This document shows, piece by piece, positions 1 through 11,097 of a DNA stretch of 64,000 nt; within the stretch, counting starts at the first letter, position 1; every line of letters starts with the position of its first letter. Under the pieces are notes generated by a model that did no database searches, had not been told where the DNA came from, and saw nothing but the letters and a program-made list of their open reading frames with translations. The translations under genes were made by a program, and so were the position numbers. The DNA is from a virus. The stretch lies in IMG/VR virus record IMGVR_UViG_3300034683_000333, one strand, 5' to 3'.

Positions 1-939
1 CCCAATGTAAACGACGAAGACCACATTCGTGATACAGTTCAAAAAGCCCGTTATCAACTTTGTGCACAACTTTAGCAAAACGTCACCATGTGGGTTAGAA
101 ATGGGTGTGAACTAATTGGTTTCCCAAGGGATATATTAAGACGTAGTGGTATTATGGAAGGTATTCTTGTAATGGCTATGGAAGAATCACTCGAACCAGT
201 ATCGTTTTACGAAAATGATTTGGCTATGGACACATTTTATGAAAACAAATCAGATGCAGACAAAGCTACGCAACGTGTATTTGTGCGTCAATTAAATATC
301 ATCAATGAACAATATAAGGTCTTCACAAGTCTTCCTAATATGAAAGACACGAGATTCGTGTATGAATTAAAAACGTTTGAAAATACAAAGCATCAAAACG
401 AAAGCTGGCAAATTACTGATATCGTGAAATACACACCAACAAGTCTCCCCGTAGATTTTAAAGCAAGTGATCCAGATCATATCTAGGATTTGAATCATAT
501 ATATTATAACGCTCTTGTTCCAACATACACAAGCAATGTTGGACGGGGTGGTGGCCTTATTGCAAAATTAGAGTACAGAGTCCAGGGAAAACAGGAAATC
601 AAATACATTACGTCCAAGAGTAGCGACTTTATTTCCGGTCTCAGTAATTCACAGCAGATTAGATTTGATGTTCAAACGTTTGAAACGGATAACCTCGACA
701 AACTCTTAGAAGATTTGTTTCCAACAAGTAGCAAAACAATTAAAATTTCACTAGGAGCCATTAAATCACAAGATGATCATAGCGCATAGGAATCACTTTA
801 CCTTTCCAATCCTTTCATAACAAACATCGTTGTAAATCATAACTATTTATCAGAAATTGATGAAGTTAATGTCGTTGCAACAATATATGATTAGCCAATT
901 AAAACACCATCATTACCAGACCCATTGATCAAATTCTGA
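1..939 (+). CDS. Hypothetical protein, 5'-partial, read through 4 TAGs
   Basis: Frame 1 is open from base 1 to TGA 937-939 except for TAG at 73, 484, 787 and 892. Joins track ORFs 88..486 and 490..789. Confidence 0.75.
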
Positions 940-953
940 CACAGAAATAAATG

Positions 954-983
954 TTGACAAGATGAAGCCTAACGTGATATTAT
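954..983 (+). promoter_or_regulatory. Sigma70-type promoter (extended -10)
   Basis: TTGACA 954-959 and TG-a-TATTAT 975-983. It abuts the right end of the outer IS. Confidence 0.55.
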
Positions 984-1130
984 TTGACACTCCCCATGAC
1001 TAAAGTCAGGGGATTCTTGGGTCGTTAACGCCCTCATCCATTTCTGGTTCGGACAACGCCCAAGTTAAGGGTGTGCCATCACCCCTCCCTAGGCAGGTCA
1101 TATAGACCCTAGGGCTGGTAGACTATCGCT
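984..1130 (-). ncRNA. Right end / omega-RNA scaffold of the outer IS
   Basis: Lies between the tnpB remnant stop (1131) and the TCAA end, and includes the terminal hairpin. Confidence 0.6.
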
Positions 1131-1243
1131 TTATGCTACACCATCTACCACAGGTGCTTTCATTATATTTATAGCACCTAATCTATCTCTATGTGTTATA
1201 TATCCACATGATTTGCATACATATTTTCTATCTCTCGCTTTGT
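1131..1243 (-). pseudogene. tnpB: C-terminal remnant of the outer tnpB
   Basis: Translates KARDRKYVCKSCGYITHRDRLGAINIMKAPVVDGVA*, the TnpB Zn-finger / RuvC-III tail. Confidence 0.8.
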
Positions 1244-1346
1244 GTGAACTACCCCCACCTATAGAGGTGGTGGCTTCGTGGTCAATACTCCCATCGGAGC
1301 AAGTTTACCCACGCTCAAAGGGCTGTTCCATCCCCGTATATGCCAT
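1244..1346 (-). ncRNA. Right end / omega-RNA scaffold of the inner IS
   Basis: Lies downstream of the tnpB stop and contains the CCACCACCTCTATAGGTGGGG hairpin. A near-identical copy is at 15240. Confidence 0.7.
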
Positions 1347-2417
1347 TTACATGGCTAATTTTAGTAAGTTCTTTGCTGCATTTACATCTCTATCGTGTTT
1401 AACATCACAATTAGGACACTTCCATTCTCGTAATGCTAAATTCTTTACTTCTATATTTTTATATCCACATTCACTACATATTTGACTTGATGCATAGTTT
1501 TGTGAGGCTATTATTATTTCTCTCCCATACCATTTTGCCTTATATTCTAATATTCTTCTAAATTCTGCCCATGATACTTCACTTATTGATTTTGATAGAT
1601 GTTTGTTTTGTTGCATATTCTTTACTCTCAAATCCTCTAAAACTATAACTTGGTTTTCGTTTATAATTTTAGAGGACAATTTATGAAGAAAATCTTTTCT
1701 TTGATTAGTTATTTTTTCATGTAATTTAGCAAGTTTTTGTCTATTTTTCTCATAATTTTTACTACACTTTTGTTTCCTTGATAAATCTCTTTGAAGTTTC
1801 TTTATTCTTTTTTCAGTTCTTCTTAGCCATTTAGGATTTTCTACTTTTGTTCCATCTGAAAATACTGCAAACTCTTTTAATCCTAAGTCTATACCTATTT
1901 TCTTGTCTACCTTAGGTAAAAATTGAATTTCTTCTTCTACAAGTATTGAAACATAGTATTTACCTGTTGGCGTTTTAGATATAGTTACAGATTTTATAAT
2001 TCCTAAAAACTGTCTATGTTGCTTAATCTTTATCATTGTTTTCAATTTTGGTATTTTCAAATAACTATTTTCTATTTTGACGGTTCCATTTTGATTATTT
2101 GTTGTATAAGATTGATAGCCCTTCTTTTTCTTGAATTTAGGAAAACCTATCTTTTTATCTCTAAAAAAGTTTTTATATGCTTTTTCTAAATTTATTTGTG
2201 CATTAGCAAGAGCAAGACTATCTACTTCTCTTAGAAATGGATATTCTTTTTTATATTGTGCAGGAGTTGTTTTAAGGATTTTCCCTGTTTGTTTATAATG
2301 GTCTATCTTATCATTAAGCATTTTATTATATATAAACCTTACACAACCGAATGTTTTAGCAAAAAATTCCTTTTGTTCTTTTGTTGGGTATATCCTGTAT
2401 TTATAGGCTTTTAGCAA
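1347..2417 (-). CDS. tnpB: TnpB RNA-guided endonuclease (IS605 OrfB)
   Basis: MLKAYKYRIYP N-terminus, RuvC motifs GIDLG / VLEDL / DRDVNAA, and Zn finger CSEC..CPNC. Confidence 0.95.
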   Translation of the reverse strand: MLKAYKYRIYPTKEQKEFFAKTFGCVRFIYNKMLNDKIDHYKQTGKILKTTPAQYKKEYPFLREVDSLALANAQINLEKAYKNFFRDKKIGFPKFKKKKGYQSYTTNNQNGTVKIENSYLKIPKLKTMIKIKQHRQFLGIIKSVTISKTPTGKYYVSILVEEEIQFLPKVDKKIGIDLGLKEFAVFSDGTKVENPKWLRRTEKRIKKLQRDLSRKQKCSKNYEKNRQKLAKLHEKITNQRKDFLHKLSSKIINENQVIVLEDLRVKNMQQNKHLSKSISEVSWAEFRRILEYKAKWYGREIIIASQNYASSQICSECGYKNIEVKNLALREWKCPNCDVKHDRDVNAAKNLLKLAM

Positions 2418-2419
2418 AG

Positions 2420-2899
2420 TTACACCTTCTTCCCTTGTGTTTCTATATATTTCTTAATTACTTCAATTGGTGCGCCACCTGTTGTAAGTAAGCAATAACT
2501 TCTTGACCAAAAATATTCCTTCCAAAGTTGTTGTTTGATTTCAGGGAACTCTTTTTTTACAAGTCTACTGCTGGCACTTTTATAAGCATTTATAAATTTA
2601 GATAGTTCGCTATTAGGATGTGCTTTGAATAATATATGAATATGGTCTTTACCGTGATTCCATTCTTGCAAGGTGATATTATAATTACCTTGTATTTTTT
2701 CAAATATTTCTTTTAGTCTGTTTGATATATTATCGTCAATTACTTTTCTTCTATATTTTGTTACTAAAACAAGATGATAATATAACAAGAATACTGAATG
2801 ATTATTATTGTCTAAATTTATTGGCTTATCAATCCTCCCGTCTCTAATACTGATTGTATTATTGAAGGAAGGTTTTGTCAAGCAACATTCATCACCCAC
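2420..2899 (-). CDS. tnpA: IS200-type Y1 transposase (true start uncertain, about 2820)
   Basis: HSVFLLYYHLV, HUH motif DHIH, FWSRSY and IKKYIETQ. Confidence 0.92.
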   Translation of the reverse strand: MGDECCLTKPSFNNTISIRDGRIDKPINLDNNNHSVFLLYYHLVLVTKYRRKVIDDNISNRLKEIFEKIQGNYNITLQEWNHGKDHIHILFKAHPNSELSKFINAYKSASSRLVKKEFPEIKQQLWKEYFWSRSYCLLTTGGAPIEVIKKYIETQGKKV

Positions 2900-2928
2900 T
2901 TATAGAAGTGGGCGACTTCTGTTGCTGG

Positions 2929-2956
2929 TTAGGTTAAATTTAACTGTTAATTTCAT
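2929..2956 (-). pseudogene. tnpB: N-terminal stub of the outer tnpB
   Basis: ATG AAA TTA ACA GTT AAA TTT AAC CTA A follows tnpA and is cut by the inner IS. Confidence 0.7.
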
Positions 2957-2970
2957 AATTCACCACCTTT

Positions 2971-3369
2971 CTATACATTCTTTTGATTTTCTATATATTT
3001 TTGTATTGCTTTTTCGCTTACGTATCCAACAGTACAGCAAAAATAACTTCGTGTCCAAAGTGAAGGGATTCTACTTCTTAATTCAGGATATTTTTCTCTT
3101 AAAATTCTACTGCTTGTTCCTTTAAAATATCGTACTAAACTGTGCAAATGTTGTCGTGGATCGAAACTTATAAACATATGAACATGGTCTGGTATTATTT
3201 CTAATGCTTTTATTTCAACATCTTTCTCTTTAGCTATATCATAAAATATTTGCCTTAAATCTTTCTCTATATCTCCAACTAACACCTTACGTCTGTATTT
3301 AGGACAAAATACTATATGATATTGATTAAGATATACTATACCTTCTTTATGTGTGTATTTATCTTCCAT
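2971..3369 (-). CDS. tnpA: IS200-type Y1 transposase of the outer element
   Basis: YHIVFCPKYRR, PDHVHMF, LWTRSYF and IQKYIENQ. Ends on TAG (standard-code stop). Confidence 0.95.
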   Translation of the reverse strand: MEDKYTHKEGIVYLNQYHIVFCPKYRRKVLVGDIEKDLRQIFYDIAKEKDVEIKALEIIPDHVHMFISFDPRQHLHSLVRYFKGTSSRILREKYPELRSRIPSLWTRSYFCCTVGYVSEKAIQKYIENQKNV

Positions 3370-3527
3370 TAGATACTTACCTCCTATCTAATTTTATTAT
3401 ATCATAGATTAGATAAGTGTCAAGTATTTAATTGCTTAAGCCGAGATAAGCCTTCATCCCCGTGACTAAAGTCAGGGGCTTTCGGCTAAGCCAATTGTAA
3501 TTGAAATTGAGGGAGGGGGGAATCAAA

Positions 3528-3755
3528 ATGAAAAGAAAATTCTTTGAAGAGGATGCCACCGGACTCAAGAAAGACCTGCTCCGCCACATGGAACTTGAAA
3601 AGGAGTTGCTTGAAGAAATTGATGAAGTTATGAAAATTGAAGATCCAAAATATCGTGAAGTGCTTTTAAGGTCGTACAACGAAATATATGCAAATCTTCT
3701 CCAATCCAAGGCGGAACTTGCGGAAAAAATTGGACGTAAAAAGAAGAGAAAGTAA
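3528..3755 (+). CDS. Small helical hypothetical protein
   Basis: GGAGG RBS before ATG 3528, followed by a terminator hairpin. Confidence 0.7.
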   Translation: MKRKFFEEDATGLKKDLLRHMELEKELLEEIDEVMKIEDPKYREVLLRSYNEIYANLLQSKAELAEKIGRKKKRK

Positions 3756-3756
3756 C

Positions 3757-3781
3757 GGGGGGCAAATAGCCCCCCATCTTT
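3757..3781. terminator. Probable bidirectional intrinsic terminator
   Basis: GGGGGCaaataGCCCCC hairpin between convergent genes. Confidence 0.65.
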
Positions 3782-6700
3782 TTAGAAAAGTCTTTTTACG
3801 ATAACATCCAGATATTTTTCGGGTATGACACTTGGAATGTGAACCCGAATCGAAAGCTTATCCATAACATTCTGGACTCCAATATTTGACCCACATAGCT
3901 CCATGGTAAGAAGGTTTCCAAACTCAGTATCCCAACGCCACAAGTTATTTAGTGGAAGAAGATTAACGTAGAATGTTCCAGTCGATGTGGTATCCACACT
4001 CACCACAATGTCTTCGTAGGGAACTGCAAATGACCAACCCACCTCAATGGAATTTGATTTTCTATAAACATAGACCGAAGCGCTCTGAAAGAGACTTGAT
4101 GACTCCATTTGCCAAATCTTATCCGTGTAGGAAACGACGTGAACGGGATTTTGAGCACTAGGACTTCTTCCGGTTGTTGGCAAGTTCCATCTGGCCCACC
4201 AATCCCGAACAATTCCTTGGATCGTACTCCGAAGCTCCGGGTAGATCTCCATAAGACCCACAAACTCTTTGAGCGTTACGGGCATGGAATATGGATCAGA
4301 CAATCCATTAAGAAGGGCTTCGGCCCACGGAACCGCCTTGTCTCCAGCACGAAGCGTCCATGCAAATGTGAGATAACTTCGGAATCGGATGTTGTATGTC
4401 GTATCTGGAACCATGACAAGATGGTAAAAGGCATCACCCGTTTCAACATACTTTTTCATGTAATCATCAACCAGTATGTTGTAATTAAGTTTAATCTCAC
4501 CCAATGCCGTTTCGGCCTATGATTGATTAACATAAACATTATTTGATTCGAGTATATCTTTGACACGATTAGCAAGATTCTTATCAGAAAACTCATTTTT
4601 TGATAACTAAACGTTTTCGGGTAAGAAGATAAGATTTGATTTTACATCCTAAGTATATACTGGTAGAGAAAGCGTGATTGGAACAATGTATGTCGAATAA
4701 AATAACTCCAAAACGGAACTAGGAAGAAACCTTTCAAACACTGCACGGAACTTTTTACGAAGCTCAAAGAAGGCCCCCTAAAACGCCTTGCCATCATCAT
4801 AAGCTGAATCGGTAGTATTTCCAAGAACAGCATTCATTGATTTTTGCATTGTTTGGACGTGTTGATTATTTTGATCAAACACAGCCAAAAACCAAAGAGC
4901 CTTAAAGATGTTTACCCCGGTTGAAATCACACTAGACAAAACACTAGGATCGGAAAGTTGTAGGCGTGAACTTACAGTTACCATTGATGAAGTTGTTTTT
5001 TGAACACCATCTTCATCAACATATTTGATATTTACAATAATAGTCTGCGGTTCCGTGCTATACACAAGATATTTATGAAGTAACTTAACACCAGTTCCAT
5101 AGACCTCATGCACATACATTTCCGTTGATTGAAGAGCTTTGATATCGTAAAGCGATGTTAGTTCAACCAATGTATCGTTATATACATAATCAACTTCTGT
5201 AATTCTAAATTTAGAATAAAGTCGTGAATTTTGCGTAGGTTCAATGAGAATGGTAAACACATCTTCGGTAACTTCGGAGGCTTCACATGTTAGATCCGTC
5301 GAATAAACACGAGAAACAGTGAATGTATCAAATGAAAATGGTGCTATAATGATGTTACTAAGAAATGATTTAAGATTTTCTTTAACGCTTTTATTATTTT
5401 CTGCACTATAAATAAGTGTATCGATAATTTCATTCGTCGTAAGAGACATCGCTGTTTGATCAATCATCACATCCACTTTAACATTGTCCATAAACCAGTT
5501 AACAATTGAAGATATTGATCCACCAAGAAATCCATTTTCCTCCATCCAATCAAAGAATGTAGTGTCGAACGACTCTTTCTTTTTCGTTGTAATATACTTT
5601 TTCCGCTAACTTAAACCATCTACATAATTTCTATATTTCCATGAACTAGGTAATTTATCTTTATAATACTTCACAAGAAAAGATTCCATAGCAATTGGCT
5701 GAATAGAAGAACCATTGAAAATATTTGACGAATTAAACTTTACCCATCCAGTATGATTTCCAGATCGGGAGATTTTTCCGATTGTATATTCGACAAGTCC
5801 ATTGAACGACATCTTCTCAATAGCATCATTTTCTAATTTTGTCTTAACGTTTTCGGGGTCGTTGCGATCCAATGAAAAGTAATGAATCATATAATCTAGC
5901 GTAGCCGTATCATCCCAAGAATCATCCGTTAACAATAAATTTTGGAAACGATTCTTCCCCAATATCATTGCATTGGATTTTAACGTAGGTTCAAGAGAAA
6001 CCTCAATCTCATTTCCAATGTGTGACTGGTAATCATTCTAGAAATCAATAAAAAAGTTTTTCATGCCATTGATAATAGTATCCAATACAGTCGATTTTGT
6101 TAAATTCACAACATCTTTTGTGTGTCCAATGTTCGGTGACATAAATTTATGTATAATAATATCATCTCCATCTTGATTACTGTCATAAACAAAATATTCA
6201 ACCAAATCCATCCCAATGGACATCGGAACTTTAAATTGAACTGGAACACCACGAATCGTCGTTGTTTTATTGTAGGTTAGTTCTTTGATATCAATTCCGG
6301 TTCTAAATAGATTGCGATCCGTTAATGTATAAATATACGTCTCATCTGACGCAAAAGTAACATCTTGTTTTATTTCTTCAACTTTCTTATATAATTGCTG
6401 AACAACGGGCTCATGCGATTTCTTTCTAAGCTTATACCTGGTTGTAATAAACGGCACTTCCATCTATTCTTGGAAATAATTAACATCTGTTGTGTCAATA
6501 CCCTCAGTTGTAATTGATAGGTGGATAATACCATTTAATGATTGTATAATATCATCAGTGTAGTTCATACCCTGCTTAAAACGATAACGATAATAAAGTG
6601 TAAACCATTTATTAAGATTTCCGGTTTCATTTAGTTGCAGGGTGGGTTCAAGGGACAATGAATAAGAAGTTGTGTCCCACTCCAGATATTCAAAAATTGG

Positions 6701-8278
6701 TCCCGTGGCATCCAGTTCAACGACAATTGGAACGTTTTGTAGATAAATCAATTCATATTTTACTGGAATTGACAGAACCATCCAACGATCTGTTGCATCC
6801 GGGCTTAAATAGGCACTGAAATCATCATAACTTGTAAAATCATCACTCCACGGAACAAGAAGATCCGGGTTCCAACCATTTTTCACCCCCGTGTATTCCG
6901 GTGTAAAATTGATTTTTGCGATATAGTCTTTAATGATATCAAAGGGAGCATAAACAAACCGTTTGATGTAGTCTTTATTGGCTTCACTAAATGTATCCGA
7001 CATGAACAACCGGATACCATTTTCTCCGTAGGATAGTAGATTTTTATTTACATCGAATCGTAAATTAAATGTATCGAGATAAATTTTATTTACAAATTGG
7101 CTGTATGGGACCTTCGAACTCCAAAGAAGGTTGTTTGAATACTCCAGAACATCTATTTTAATCGGAATATCCGTGGTGCTGTCAACAAACAACGCCATGG
7201 AATCTTCTGTTTCCACAAACGTAAAATCCACATCCCAATCTGGAATGATGTTTTTAACTTGAAACCAAATATATGTATTCCACCAAAGCGTGCCGTCCTG
7301 GTAAAGATTGAATTCCCATTGATAGCGATTGTTCCGAATAAGCAAAAAACGAATGAAATTTACATTCAGAATATCAAGATGCCCATTCTCCATTCGTTGC
7401 ACACTCGACACCACCTCGTACAAATCGCTTGGTGTGTTGAGTGCCCCTGTAAAATCCACATCCCAATGTACACGATTCAGGTAGAAATCTTGCGCCTCGG
7501 ACCAGAAAAGGTTGAATAAAACATCCGTATCCGCACCCGTTTTCAACTCGTAGACTTCACTTGGTGTATGGAAATACTATTTCTTTTCTTCAGCATGAAC
7601 AACATCCCATGAATCGCCGACGGTACGCTTTATGTTTTCGATAAAATGATTTCTGACTATTTCTTTATAGTCAATCAATTCAATTTCATTCCAAGACAAA
7701 TAATTAAGCTTTAACTTATTATTCAATTTAACGACATAATTGTTATAAATATAATCCTTTAATCCCGTCATAAGTGCATAATCGTTAAACATATCCATTT
7801 CAATAAAGTGAACATCATACTGAATAACCAAATCGTTTGCAAGCCATGGAATGGTTGGTTTCACAAACAACGGAAACGAAAACATATTACCTTCACTTAA
7901 TTCCGGCTAACGGACAACACGAAGAACAAAGTGAAGATCGATTTCCTTCATGAGAAGTGTGTGATCGTAGATGATTTCATCTCGTGTAAACATTACAACA
8001 CTTTGGTCATAACGATTCGTTCCATCCGACTAAAAGATATCCAGGACCTCGAAAAACGTCCGGTCTTTCAAAAACCAACTGTCATCAAATACAAGCTCCA
8101 TGGCGGTAACGTCGGAATACGATTCGAAAACCGTTTTTTGAAGCGTTGAATCGAGTGATAAATAATTTTTTATGGTCTGAATGTCCGTTGTAATATCAAA
8201 TGTTGTATCAGACCAACTTGTTTCATCACCACGATTAAAGTAAATTTTGTGCCTTAGATTGTTTAGGTAAGTAGCCAT
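3782..8278 (-). CDS. 1498-aa hypothetical, probably virion structural, protein with 10 in-frame TAGs
   Basis: Single frame from ATG 8278 to TAA 3782, interrupted only by TAG at 8030, 7907, 7577, 6464, 6038, 5606, 4778, 4649, 4607 and 4517. Joins 7 track ORFs. Confidence 0.88.
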
Positions 8279-8287
8279 ATATCAGCC

Positions 8288-9199
8288 TCATTTTACGATT
8301 CTATTTTTAAAGTTTATGTAATCAATATTATAGAAAATCTTCCTAAAAGAAGCCTTATTGTTTGTGATTTTTCTTAAATACACTTCGCCCGTTGCAACAT
8401 CTTTCATAACCAAGTAAAAATCTACAAACTTTGAAAATTGATCCATACTCGAAAAATTTTGCGAAAGAATTTGTTGTTCGAGCGCATCGGCATTTCTCAA
8501 AGGAGATGACGTAACGGTGAATCGAACCTCAAAAAAGGGAATGTACTTTGTTTGAGAACGAATATCAGGATCATCAATTATAAATGCAAAATGGGTGGAA
8601 TCCTTAAACGAACGGGACTATTCAAAAAAGGAAGAATCAACTGGTGTTTCAAAGTCGTCGTGTTCAAAGAAATCGTCAAAATTGTATTTAGAAAGTATGA
8701 ATGGCGGAATTTCGTTATAGGCCGTTTCGTCAAAGAAAAATGACGAGTTGTAGAAACGTTTTTCTGTTACAAGCTTATCTCCAAAGTAAAAATAGTATAT
8801 AACTTCAATGGGAAATCTAAAAACAGATTTGATTTCATCTCCTGCATCCAACAACTGGGATTTGATCACCGGAACATGCATAATTTTTGAAAACGACGTA
8901 TTAAACTTTGGATAAAATGCCAACTATCGAAACCAACTATCGAGATCTTCTTCATAATTTAGAATATTTAGAACACTTGTCTCGTCATAGTTCAATAACA
9001 GGTCTTCGTTATCAATGGGGATTAAGTTAATCTTCATCGAAAGCTTTTCGCTTGTATCGATTAAAGTGGACAACGAGGCAATATCTATAAGCGCATTGTT
9101 ATATGAAAATTTTGAATCAGATTTTTTACTTAAAGGAACAATTACACCAAGACGTTCATTATAATTATATATGATTTCTCGTAATTTTGCATTGTCCAT
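8288..9199 (-). CDS. 303-aa hypothetical protein (2 TAGs)
   Basis: AAGGAG RBS. TAG at 8924 and 8618 joins three track ORFs. Ends on TGA. Confidence 0.82.
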
Positions 9200-9321
9200 G
9201 CGACACTCCTTAAACGGTGGAAGTTCATATATTATATCTTTGAAATTAGTTGGACAATGAAAAGAAAAAGGCCAATCACAAAACGTGATCGGCCTTGTAA
9301 AATGTGTTGATTAGATGGTTT

Positions 9322-9549
9322 TTATTTAGACTTTGGCTTTTTGGCCTTCTTAACATTTTTCTTCGACTTGGTTTTCTGTTTCGCTTCAATGATCTCTTCC
9401 TCACCGTCATGATAAATAGCCGTTTCACGAAGATTCCCAGGTGCCACGATATAGACACTTCCAGGATCTTCCTTTAGTGCATTCACCAAATCTTCTCGTG
9501 TAAAGAAAATGTCATCCCTTGTCGTTTTTGTTTTTTCTTTCTTATCCAT
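9322..9549 (-). CDS. Small protein with a Lys-rich tail
   Basis: GGAGG RBS, starts MDKKEK, ends TAA. Confidence 0.7.
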   Translation of the reverse strand: MDKKEKTKTTRDDIFFTREDLVNALKEDPGSVYIVAPGNLRETAIYHDGEEEIIEAKQKTKSKKNVKKAKKPKSK

Positions 9550-9958
9550 TGTTTTCCTCCTATTGACTTTTCCAAAAATACACACAAAATGTCGAAGGCT
9601 TTCGATTATATTTCTTCTCGTATTTGGAAGCCTCAGACTCGTATTTATTATAATCTATTAGTTTCAAAACTTCAAGTAAAAAATAATCAATAACTTCATC
9701 CCAATTTACATCATCTAATGTATACCGTTGTTTTTCCTTATCAAAACGCCCACCAAAAAATTCAAGATATGGATTAACAACCTTTTGTGTAAGTGGATCT
9801 GGCAATCCAATTTCCTTATATAACTCAACAATCTTATTGATTACCTAATCGGGCCATAACTTTGATTTAGCTACACGACCCAGCGTAACAAGATCTGGTC
9901 GATATATTACAAATGGTTTGAACTTTGGTGGTAAGGTTTTGCTATTTTTAACAAACAT
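9542..9958 (-). CDS. Hypothetical protein (2 TAGs)
   Basis: ATG 9958 overlaps the upstream TAA (TAATG). TAG at 9845 and 9560. Ends TAA 9542. Confidence 0.72.
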
Positions 9959-10734
9959 TATGGTTTCCTCATTTGAACAGAATTGATATAGTTATATCTA
10001 CCAGTTAAAATGTCTTTCATCTTTTTATTTGTTTGTTCATCGAATCCAACTTGATCCACAACATTCAAAATTTCATCCAGAGAAACTGTATTAAAATGTT
10101 CCAAGCTCTGTTCTACTTCATCGGGACTCAATCGGGTATAAACCTTGGCGGCATTACCAATTTGAAAAAATGTATCCAATTCAGGAACGCTATCACCGTT
10201 AAACAGGTGATCCCCCTTGGGTGCTCCCTGTGCCCTAAAGAGGAGAGCACCACCGGCATCGAGTCGAAAAGGCTGGCCCGTTTTTGAATTGATAAAACAA
10301 TTGTCAAAAACTAACCCGAAAACATCCCAATTGGCAAGAAAGGCATCCACCGCATAACCCATTCCAGCCTTCTTGAAATCCTCGTCGGTCTTAAGGGGTT
10401 TGAGATCGTCCACCTATTTGGAAGCAATTCCGAATTCACCATTTCGTTCGATGAATTTAACTTCCGGCGTCTCCAAGCCCCACAATTTATAGAGTTGCAC
10501 GGCCAACATTTCATTGCGGGCATGTTTTTCCGTCTCGGGAAATTTCACGTACCACTTTTCTCCCTTTTCATCCCGAAAAACACCCCCACGGTTTGACCCG
10601 AGTTGACCACCTTCCCTCGTCCACTTGTCAATGGTGGTTGGTTTTTTATCCACCACCTAGTAACCCTGAAGGTATGGTTTCCCCTTTTTGCTTACTTTAG
10701 GAACCTTCTTTAATCGCCCGTGTCCACGTTTCAT
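9958..10734 (-). CDS. Atypical kinase-fold (HipA / PI3-4K-like) phage domain protein (2 TAGs)
   Basis: GSNRGG loop, WYVKF..RNE, DAFLANWD, DN and RLDAGGALLFRAQG. TAG at 10657 (QGY*V) and 10414 (ASK*VD). Confidence 0.65.
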
Positions 10735-10898
10735 TATACCTTTTCCAACTTGTTAAATTCTTCTTCATCCATTTCGTTAATTTGGATAGCATATTGAACA
10801 CCAAGGTCCAATTCGTCGAGCAACATCACAAAAGCTTTTTTATCATTAACGACATACCAAGTATCGTCAAAGAGCCCACGAATTTTATAAACTTTCAT
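10734..10898 (-). CDS. 54-aa protein missed by the track (small paralogue family)
   Basis: MKVYKIRG...INEMDEEEFNKLEKV, with a GGGGAG RBS and a TAATG overlap with the next gene. Confidence 0.7.
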   Translation of the reverse strand: MKVYKIRGLFDDTWYVVNDKKAFVMLLDELDLGVQYAIQINEMDEEEFNKLEKV

Positions 10899-10914
10899 TT
10901 ATTACACTCCCCAA

Positions 10915-11097
10915 TCATGCGTTTTCCATCTTTTCGTATTCTTCTTCGTCAATGTAAGCAATGCGAAGAATTAGATCCATCCCTTCACCTGGATTTTCTT
11001 TTTCGGTTGCTTCGATGATCTTCACAATATCGCTTAGAGATTTACAAACAAGATAATCTTCATCACCCCAAAACTTAATAGCATAAACCTTAATCAT
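10915..11097 (-). CDS. 60-aa protein (small paralogue family)
   Basis: MIKVYAIK...IDEEEYEKME, with an ATGA overlap. Confidence 0.7.
   Translation of the reverse strand: MIKVYAIKFWGDEDYLVCKSLSDIVKIIEATEKENPGEGMDLILRIAYIDEEEYEKMENA

Larger units (their letters stand above)
1244..2928 (-). mobile_element. Inner IS605-family element (tnpA + tnpB)
   Basis: Left end CCAGCAACAGAAGTCGCCCACTTCTATAAGTGGG hairpin and right end GTAGTTCAC at 1244. Removing it restores an in-frame junction. Confidence 0.88.
984..3496 (-). mobile_element. Outer IS605-family element (tnpA plus internally deleted tnpB) containing a nested element
   Basis: Related subterminal hairpins CCCCgTGACTAAAGTCAGGGG near 3455-3476 and CCCCaTGACTAAAGTCAGGGG near 992-1012. 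The right end reads GTGTCAA at 984. The left boundary is approximate. Confidence 0.8.

Noticed and set aside
3782-8278. Fragmentation due to pseudogenisation or sequencing error
   Set aside because: All breaks are TAG with no frameshifts and no TAA or TGA. Decay would not give this pattern across many genes.
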